From NCBI GenBank assembly GCA_964188305.1, contig OZ076897.1: a DNA stretch of 64,000 nt. One strand, written 5' to 3'. The notes under the pieces are model-generated. The model was not told the DNA's origin. It ran no database searches and worked only from the letters and a program-made list of their open reading frames with translations. This document shows positions 54,209 through 64,000 of this stretch, piece after piece (the stretch's first letter is position 1; every line of letters begins with the position of its first letter). This stretch comes from Podarcis bocagei (Eukaryota). Made by a program: the position numbers and the translations under genes.

Positions 54209-57200
54209 GTACGTAATGAATTTATTTTCTTTTATCTCCCCCCCCCCCTTTGCGAATGGAAATCTTCATCATTCAGAAGAAACTGGAAGCAAGTTGATCT
54301 GATGCTTAGCAGCCTAAACATCAATTATTACTTTTGTGATATTAAATCACTCATTAATTTGTGATATTCAGTAATGTTGTTCTTATATTAATGATGAATG
54401 CTGTCAGGTAGCTGTGGCTTTAAAATAAAGTTGAACAGTCATAGATGGTCAAGAGTAAAACATTTGAACAATTTCATATTGTAGTTAGGAAGTAGTGGAA
54501 CATTAAGAATCAGTGTGTTGAACTGTGGAAATAGACAAACTACAAACATCTTGCCCATCTCGTGTTTTTGTTGAAGTTCGTATAATATTTATGTAGAGAA
54601 AGTTTTATTTGAGTCTGTAACCCCACTTACCTTGGAGTAAGCCCCATTGAGTAGACATGATTAAGATTGCACTGCAAGCTGAGGTATTTCTTTATCACCA
54701 GATATTTCTGTATGGCAATATGGGAGACTTTTTTTAATGCAAGGAATAGTTGATACATAGTTAACTTTTTCTGTTTTTTTGTGAAAAGAATACTTTACAG
54801 AATAATACAGCTTCTGTGGGCCAGGTAGATACAAAGGTTGTTTGAATCTAAATCAAAAACTTTCCTGGAGTAGTTAAATCTGCTTTCATAAATGCATAGA
54901 TTATGAAGCAATCTTTATTGTGCTGGTATCTCACATTTAGCAGATGCTTATTTAAAATCTTATTCTGTACCTAGGTAAGAATACAGTCCAGATGAAAAAG
55001 CTTTTCTTAAAGAGACAGGCATTTTTAGGCCTCTAAAATAGTTGTTTGGAAGTGTTAGCTGCTGATTGTTATCATTTACTTTGGAGAATTAAAATATGCA
55101 AGGCTTATTGAACATTGTATAAAAATTTACGTTGGAACCAGAAGAGATTTGTGGACTAATACAATTAGGAAGCAACCTCTGTTAATGTACTGAGGCATAT
55201 TGTATCTATTGGCATGCATTCTGGTATGCTTAATACTTGTTTGGTTTACACACTGTCTGCATTGAAAATGGGGTAATTCAACTTCTTTACTAATAATATG
55301 TATCTGTTTACTTAAAGGATCAATTATTTTGTGTACCCTAGCCATTTTCAGTATTTTCAGTATAGTATAGTATAGTAAGGTAGTAAAGTAATGGTTGTAT
55401 GTGTAAATGGAAATCTTACTGTACTCCAGAAATACTTGTAATAGTGAATTTTAATTATGTTGTCTTGTTGCTGTGGTGTAGTAATGAAAATGTGATTTTA
55501 AAATATTCACTTCCTGATTAATTCTTACTTTTTTCTTCCTTTCCTCCTGCTTTTTGGTGTGCAGTTAAAAATGATGTGCATGAATGCTACAAGTAGCTTT
55601 GAAGAAACATGTGAAAATTTGTTTAAAGTAATTTTGTGATGCACAAAATTTTCTTTTTAAAGATTTTTGCTATATTTTCATCCTTAATAGAATTTTATAT
55701 AATGGAGATACAAATCTTTAATGAAATATACAGACACATGTGCTTTGTGGACTTAAGCATCTTTGATATGGAACCTAATTTAAAACATACGCTGCAATTC
55801 TAGTTATGTTTTGGAATAATTCCCATTGAACTCAGTGAGACTTGCTTCATACTGAATCATGCATTGGACTGTAAAGTATAGTCTCTGTGTTTGTGTTTTA
55901 TAGCCAACATTTCAAAAGTGTGCCATTCTTCCACTTTGTATCTAAGGAATGGACTTTATGTGTCATGGAGCTATCTTGTGTAGCATACAGATAAATAACT
56001 GTTGTAATGTCCTACCCAAAAAAGATGAAGAAATAATTTTATTTACAGATGTTTCTCTGAGTTCATGTAAGACTTCCAGATCAATTGATCTGTACATCAT
56101 AAGATGTATCTAGGAATTTGCTGTTTTGGAACCCTAGGTGAAATTGCTTCTTCACCCTTTCATTTCTTAAATTCTCTTCCTCCCTCCCTTTTTCATTTTA
56201 AACAGAGGGTGCATGCAGTTATTACCAGTGGGTCAGGGACTTTTGGTTGGCTAAATTCTTCAGTTAGAATTAAGAAGTAGTTTGATACAGAATATGGTGA
56301 AGTCCCATAAAATATATTTATTAAAATGTATTGATATTTTTCAAAAAGTTCAAAGCAGTGCACAGTAGTATATTAATCTTTATCATTGAGCACTGCTGAT
56401 AGGAACGTTCTCATCTATTTAGTTATAGATCTACTACTATAGAATATATAGTTCATGCTGTGTAGTTGTAGATATTCTCCCTTCATTCATTGTGGTGAGA
56501 TTGTGCACTAGGGGTAGACATGGGGATATTGTTAATCCATATCCTCATAATAGTGTTAGGAGCTCTTACAAAACAAAACTAAATTAAATTTGAAAGGCCA
56601 GTCTCTAAAGCTAGCCTGGTTTGTTATTTAAAGGGAGTTTTAAGGCTCAGCAGTTGCATTCCAGCAGTTTGGACTTTTAGATTGAAAGAGGACACACCCA
56701 CACTCGCAAAAGCAACCTTTATACCTGCTGTGAAAGGCTGTTTAGGACTGTGGTGTTCTAGAATGGTCGTTGAGACAGGCAAATAGGCTATATTGTGATT
56801 GAGTTGGGATAGAGGGAATGGTCTAGATTTTAGTTGAGAGCAGAGAGAGAGAGAGAGCTGTTTATAATATGGCTCTAGCCAGAAGCTGATTTCTGTCTTA
56901 CTATGGAAACCTCAAGGGAATATGAAAGGAATGTAAAATTTTTGCATTCATAACCTCATGGATCATAGAAAACCTCTAGATACTTTAGGGAAGCTTGGAT
57001 CACTTCATTCAAAACTTGGAAATGGCATTGTAACAATGCGGGCTGCTAGTCACATGTTACAAAAAGAATGTGGAGTATTCTTAGCTGTGATCATCAGCAA
57101 CCACAAATGTTTGGGAAAAAATTATGCAAAACAAGATAGTACATGTATATTGGAAAACTTTTGACCAAGCCCTTTAGATACTCCCTAGCTTGCCACAAGA

Positions 57201-58402
57201 GCAGCTGTTATCTTGGTGGGGCAATATACATACTGGAAACTGATTATTCAAATAGCACTGATGTCATTTGTTGTGTGATGGATGGTTTAGCTTGGCAGGG
57301 AGGTGGGTGGGGATCTGATACTGGCCAGCTGGGGGCTGCATATTGATGAGCTTGAGTCTTGTTAAATCCTTATAGATTTCGTATTTCTGACATTTATTCA
57401 CTAAAACTAGAATCCGTATTATAGTACTGTTTCTGCTTCAAGGTTGGATGCCAACCCATTTTTGTATCACTTTTGTTTTCCCCTGTGGGTTTGAAAACAA
57501 AATTTCATGTTTCCCTAACCACATGGGAGTGATGGTTTGGTTTTCAGAAACTGAACCACAACATAAGGTTGGGCTGTGTTGTAATCAGGATTTCTCTTAT
57601 TCGTTGCGAATACCATGCCAAGTGCAATATAGAATCTATGGAATCAGCAAATTTTAAAAGCAAAAACGGCTTAGCCTTTGGATAATATGGTCCTGGAAGT
57701 ATTTAGGCAAGGAAGAAGGCTGAGGATCCAGTGATGATTTGGGGTGAGGTGGGAGCTCAGGTAGCTATTACAGTTGTTACATTGAGCAGATGTTGTGCTC
57801 TATGTTCCTCTTCGTGTCTTCCATGCAGCAACACATTATTTGCTTCTTGTGCTTCATTCTACATTTGCCTTCCTATGCTATACAAAACTGGTCTTTGCAA
57901 AGCATATCAAGTTTTGTTTAGAGTCACTTCAAGCAGGCAGGTTACAAAATTCAAGTTTATAGTTTCCAAATATTTGTTTATCAAAACATGTATATCCTTC
58001 CCTTTTGGTGGGCTAACAACATTTTTAAAAATATAAAAAGAACAGTATAAAACAGAACAGTTTAAAAACAAACATAAAAATATTATCTGCCACATATACC
58101 AAAAGCCTGTCAGAATAAAACAGTTTGTTTCTACATTAGTTATTAAAAAAATTATGTGGATACCTCAAAGATCTGTTGAAATGGCATGTCCTAAAATGGG
58201 ATGGGGAATTTATGACCCTCCAAATGTTGTTGGACTCCCAACAACCCAGCCCACATGGTTAGTGATCGGGAATGATGGGAGCTGTAGTACATCATCATCA
58301 TCATCTGGATAGTAGTAGATAGGTAGCCGTGTTGGTCTGCCATAGTCAAAATAAAAAAATTCCTTCCAGTAGCACCTCAAAGACCAACTAAGTTAGTTCT
58401 TG

Positions 58403-58440
58403 GTATGAGCTTTCGTGTGCATGCACACTTCTTCAGATAC
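58403..58440 (-). ncRNA. Minimal type I hammerhead ribozyme motif (antisense copy)
   Basis: Exact reverse complement of 58452-58489. Confidence 0.7.
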
Positions 58441-58451
58441 ACAGATACTGT

Positions 58452-58489
58452 GTATCTGAAGAAGTGTGCATGCACACGAAAGCTCATAC
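58452..58489 (+). ncRNA. Minimal type I hammerhead ribozyme motif (sense to the IGF2BP3 pre-mRNA)
   Basis: GUAU-CUGAAGA-A-GUGUGCAUGCACAC-GAAA-GC-UC^AUAC; predicted cleavage after C58485. Confidence 0.7.
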
Positions 58490-61400
58490 CAAGAACTAAC
58501 TTAGTTGGTCTTTAAGGTGCTACTGGAAGGAATTTTTTTATATCATCTGGATAGCCACAGGACTCTTGCCCCTGGTCTGGAGAAAGTACAAATCTTTTAT
58601 AAAGTGTGAATTTACAGTTTGCAGTCCTTTATATAAAAGAATCTTATAATCTTACTGTATTTTGGGCAGAGTTCTAAGTAACGTTCAATATAAATTATAC
58701 TAAACATCCATAGAAAGTATATGGCTATTTGGACCTTTTTAAATGTAGGAAACTGAAACTCTTCTGACAGTTCTTGTTAATTTCTACAGTGTGATACAAA
58801 GACTGACCCTTCCAAAATGGAATGTAAGGTATGGTGCTGCTGGAAAATGTCTTTTCGTCAATATGTTTTCATGTTAGTAGATAAGCCTGAGGATGCTTCA
58901 GTAAGACAGTATGACTAAAAGAATAACCATGGGGAACCACATCTAACACCTTATACTGAAGCAGGATTGTCCATTTCTAAACCATCCCAATACATAGATT
59001 TGGTTAGTAACACACAGTTAGCATTTAAATTTGTTTCCTTCCAATGTAAGCCTTTTGTATATTAGTTTAGGAAATAACACTTCTGACCCTTGTTGCTCTT
59101 ATTAATTGGTATCCCATTCGCACTTTTTCCTGATAAATGAAGCAAGCCTAAGTTTGTATTCATATAACGTGAATCTGCCCCTGGCTCCTTTGAATGGAAG
59201 GGCAGGGTATGAATTTTATAAATTCAGATAAATAAATCTGTCCTCTTACTTGCTGTTGCTATTCTTCTAAAAATAGTGTTTGTAAAACCGAAAATCCAGG
59301 CTTAATTACATGTCTGGGTTAGAATAGGATGCTTTTTCTGAGTAGTAGAAAATGCAATTATATTTTGTTCAGAAAGAATGACATTATTTCAGTAATTCCT
59401 TAAAGAAATGAAATGTGGCATTGCTGAACTATTTGACTGCGCTTTGCAAGTTATAATTCAGGAGGTGATCAGTGCCTTTCTCCCCTTAAAGCCAGCAGAA
59501 ACGGAGGGTGCAAGGATGTGCAGCTGCTAACTACTTGCTCTTGTAGCTTCTTTTCTACTTTGTGGCTGTAAAGTCAGATGGCTGGGGAGGGACTGACGCA
59601 GTCTTTGGTTGTATATGTTGCTGTACTAGGCTTCCTTGCTAGGAATAAATGCCGGCATGCTGTGGCTGCCCACGAACTGGGCACACTCTGTTCCTGCCAG
59701 GTCTGAGGGAGACAGCACAGACATGGCAGCCACTGTGTAATGCTGTATTTCACCAGCTGGATTAACACAGATGAACATTCTACAACATATTCTGAGGGGG
59801 CCCTCAGGCCCTATAGTTAATACTTGTAGTTAATTAGTACTCAAATTTATTTGTTAAAATAGCTTTTCCAAAAAAAGTTTTCCAAATTGGTTTATGTAAC
59901 AAAATACACAGGCGCCAAACAACAAAATTATATAAATAACAGTATAAAAACAGACGTAGGGGATAAAATTGTTACAAAAGCCTTATGGAAGAACTGTGCT
60001 TTTTCTTTTTTGATTGGGGGAGAAAGGGTCTAATTAGGTTGTGATTACTTGGAAATCAGATCTCAGGGGCATTGTAGATAGAAGGCTGAGTAAAATGGTA
60101 CAGTGTGATGTGGCAGTGAAAAATTGCAAATTAACTTGTTAGGAATTGCTGGGTAAGGAGTTGAAGCTTTTAAGTACCTGTGACAAAACGTTATTGAAGG
60201 GGAGAAGAAGGTCAAGACAAAGAGGATGAAATTGCTTTCATCCTTTTACCATCCCATTTTCCCACACTGCCCTGCTCAATAGATAGCTCAGGTTCTCCTC
60301 TGGTTGAGCAAAGGAGTCAGAGTAGTGGCCTTTCAGTCCCTACAATGCCTTTGTTGGCTGAATGTTGTATATGTGAGCGCTCTCACTCCTGACTAAGCCT
60401 CAAAGTCATCTTAGAGGTTTGTCTTGGAAATGAACATAGCAAAGCATACTGCCAGTCTCAAAACACTCAAAACAGTGGCATAGTTAATGAAGGGGAAGAT
60501 CCATTCTCATTCCTTTTCCCCTCTGGCAACCTCCCTATTAAACCCAACTCCAAGGGAAGCAAATTTTGTGATGTGTCACTTCCTGAAGCCAGCACACCTC
60601 CCCAACATCTTTACGTTTTGAGATGGAATGGTCCCTCACGACTTTAAGGATATTCTTTGGCACCTTGGGAGGTGCCCATTTCATGGGGCCAATTTCATTT
60701 TACCTTGTGAGATTCCTGAAGTTGAAGAATAGGTTCACTCTGGTCATTTAAAGGAGTCTGTATGTGGCGAGGTGATAGGTTTGATGAGGTGCATATTCTC
60801 CAAGGCTGCATCTCTCTCTTGCCTCAGACACAGAAGGCCTGCCAGTCTCCGCTTTCCTTCAGCCTTGATTCCATAGCCTTTGATTTCCATGGCTCCTTGG
60901 GTATGTTAATGTGCAGGAACAGGAGCAATCTGCTGCCCTCCTCCTATGCCTGTTAGTGTCTTGTATGTTTGTATGTATGTATGTAACATGCCATTTCTGT
61001 AGTATAGGATGTGATGGTTGAACCTAGAATTCTGTGTGTGATTCAGTTTCTCCCCAACCGAAAAAGGAAGACCTGAGGAAAGTATAATAAATGAAATTAC
61101 AAATGCTTCCCAGGCAAAGGAAGCTTAATTAATGCTACCTGTACCTCTTGGGTGCTGAGTTGAATAATATCCAGAACAATCTTACTTTCGATCAGCGTTA
61201 CATTTAGTTATATACTCATCCTCCATGTTGATTGTTGTAATGTGGTGAACAGAGTCTACGGTATTTGTCCTCCTGTTTTTTAAAAAGTAAATCAGAATGC
61301 TCCAAAGCAAAAGTTGATACCTGAGTGTGGCTTCTCTAGATATTGTGGACCTACTTCAGGATTTCCAATATTTACTCTGCTAACTTGGATTACAGTCATT

Positions 61401-61501
61401 TAAATGGAACCCAAAGGTTCAGGTTGCTACAAGTAAAAAGTAAAGTGCTTGCAGAACAGGTATCACTAGTTGACTGAACTGGCTGTTTTCTTTAGAAGAT
61501 A

Positions 61502-61742
61502 CAGTTGTACCTTGGAAGTTGAACGAAATCCGTTCCGGAAGTCTGTTCGACTTCCAAAACGTTTGAAAACCAAATCACGGCTTCTGATTGGCTGCTGGAA
61601 GCTCCTGTAGCAAATCAGAAGCCCCGTCGGATATTCGGCTTCCAAAAATAGTTTGCAAATCAGAACAGGCACTTCTGGATTTGCGACGTTCGGGAGCCAA
61701 AACGTTTGGAAACTAAGCTGTTCGAAAACCAAGGTATGATTG
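61502..61742. mobile_element. Tigger-like MITE, family C
   Basis: TA-CAGTTGTACCTTGG..CCAAGGTATGATTG; internal CTTCTGATTGGCTG..CAAATCAGAAG inverted motif. Confidence 0.75.
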
Positions 61743-64000
61743 TTCTTCGTTTATTTAATCGATACATTGACTACTTTGAATGTGTACTGACTCTTGGACC
61801 TATGCACGTCTCTCTTTAATGGAGAAGTAACAAGTACCAAAGTTGCTCTAGTCAAATGTCTGCGTTAATTAGCTCATCATGTTCAGTTTGCATATTAAGA
61901 GTAGTTTGCCAAAGTGATTAGTCCCTGTTTGTCTGTGAATGGCAATGGACACATTTTCCTGTATCTATTAGAAAAAGAAAGAAAAGAAACCACAGGCACA
62001 AGGGCTATTTTGGTGGTTAATATTTCTGTGCTGGCTGAGTAAACTAACATTGTCTCAGTGGGATGGTTCATTTGAGATTCCTAATGTGAAGTTTTTGGAA
62101 ATGCGAGTGCTAAACCTTATGGAACTGGACAGATGTTCTTCAGTACTTTGAGGTCTAATCAGCACAAAAGAACACTGGACGCTCCATGTGAACATTTTCT
62201 AAGTATTATACCTGTGCATTTACATTTTGCTTGAACACTTCATCAAGAATTCCTCTTTAAAGAGAGTATGGAGAGCCTGTGTTAGTGAATGCTTTTGATT
62301 ATTGCTCCTTGTCCATATAATTTGTTTCCCCCCTCGGTCAAATGAAACGTGCTTCATTTAATCCTGAATAAGGTGTTCCTCTTTCTCTGGCTGTGTGCAG
62401 ACACAGGGGACGCTCGGAGAAAGAATGATTTGCTGCTTGTAGTTTGTGCTCTTACACTGTCGGTGCACTTTGAGTTTATCATCCTTCGGTAGTACACAAT
62501 CATCAAATGTAGATGATTCTATAAATAGTCATTCTATAAATAGGCAGGAGTAGAAGAAAGTTACAAAAAAGCTAGTTTAAATTGTGTAGAGAAAATGTAC
62601 AATATGTTTTTAGAGAAGCTTTCTGATGTTCCTTTTATAAGCCATACAAATGCTATTATTTTCCTGCATCTTTTAAATACGTAAAAGTTTAAAATACTTA
62701 CGTTAGAGCCCTTTAATTCTAGAAATCTAAAAGATGAGTCTGTTAATGGGGTTTAGGTCTTGCCTATCAGATGTGTCTGAAATGGCATTTACTTTACATA
62801 AGGAATATTTTGAAATGTTTAGTTTATATAGAAGATGTCATTAATTTTGGCTTAGATGTAGCATATTCATGTCTTGCTTCAGACATGTAAGCACTTATCT
62901 ATATGTAAGAATTTCAGGGAAACTACAAAATTTATCTAAACGTGTGATTTAATATTCTTCTTTTTACACTGTGTGTATGCCTGCCAGGCATAAGTGTGTA
63001 TCTTTGAGTATCTGTGTGTGGTTATTTTTTTATTTGCTTGGAAAAAATGTATTAACTGCTTAATCAAATAGCTTTCTAAATGATGTACATAATAAAATTG
63101 TAGATAAAACACAGTTAAAATCCACAAACTGTTTTTAAATATATATACATAATTATAAAATAGATAAAATCAGTTAAATTTTAAAAATTAATATAGTAAC
63201 TAAATCATGTGCTTGGATAGGCTTGCTGCAACTAAAAAAAAATTGGCAGGTGTGTAATGCAATGTAGTGAGGGTATCTGCCTAGTTCTATCCTGTGAACA
63301 CACAAATGCCTTTGAACTGGGATTTGGTAAAGTGAATTGCTCCTCACTTTTTTTGAGATGTGTGAGATTAAAAACCTCATCAGTGCATGCGGGTTTAATT
63401 GGTTGTGGATGTGCCTAGAACTTTTCTATCCTGGAAGCAGTGTAGAACTTGTCTACGCTGGAAGTAGCAGTGTATTGTCTCATGGATAAGAATTTTTAGC
63501 AAGCTTTTTAAAATTACAAGGTTGAGTACTGCTAAGAACAAATCTGCAAAATGGCTTTTTGTTGACTGTATGCCCTTTTCTTGATCAAAGCTTCCGGAAA
63601 CTGTCTAAGGAGCTTTTTAGTATAATAGCTGATTTGGTGTCTTTTCTATGTTTGTGCTTTTTAAATTATGTACTGCTAAGTTGATATTAAGCAGTTCCGA
63701 GTTTGTGGTGCGTATGTAGTCCAATAAAATGGAAAAGTCACACTGGATAATGAAGGGGAAGTCACATTTTTAAAACTTTTGTCTATATTTCGAAATCACT
63801 TTGCAGTCAGAAAACTAGCACTGCAGGGAATGAGCAGGATAGATCTTTTTTTCCAGTGGTGTTTTCACTTGCAGGAAGTTTTGAACATGAGAGAGCAGTA
63901 AACCGCCCCCCTCCGAAGTTTAAATTGGTGTAGTCCATTGCAGCACACAATATAGTTTGGGATCTACTGGTTGCATCTCAGAATGGGCTTCCAGTTCCCA

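Larger units (their letters stand above)
58313..58541. mobile_element. Penelope-like inverted terminal (pseudo-LTR) insertion forming a 94-bp-arm palindrome, inside an older hAT-type MITE
   Basis: Arms 58351-58444 and 58448-58541 with one mismatch and a 3-nt loop; TSD ATCATCTGGATAG at 58300-58312 and 58542-58554. Confidence 0.85.

Overview
Eukaryotic (vertebrate) genomic DNA, very probably from a lacertid-type lizard, judged from Sauria SINEs and squamate-style hAT, Tigger-like and Penelope repeats. The + strand carries a complete 8-exon TRA2A gene (CDS 5425-23379, 277 aa, all GT-AG introns). It also carries the first two coding exons of IGF2BP3 (52116-52290, 54148-54208), whose intron 2 runs off the end of the window. 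A CpG island at about 2.0-2.4 kb probably starts a divergent gene (CCDC126 by synteny, not shown by sequence). A 442-nt N gap lies where the TRA2A poison exon is expected. Most notable observations: (1) Penelope-derived minimal hammerhead ribozymes, including a young 229-bp near-perfect palindrome in IGF2BP3 intron 2 with one hammerhead on each strand and a 13-bp target-site duplication; (2) a series of exon-like, stop-interrupted blocks on the minus strand between TRA2A and an orphan CpG island at about 47 kb, possibly a decayed unannotated gene; (3) a triple-nested transposon stack next to two SINE copies that share unusual variants. Most ORFs in the supplied track are spurious.
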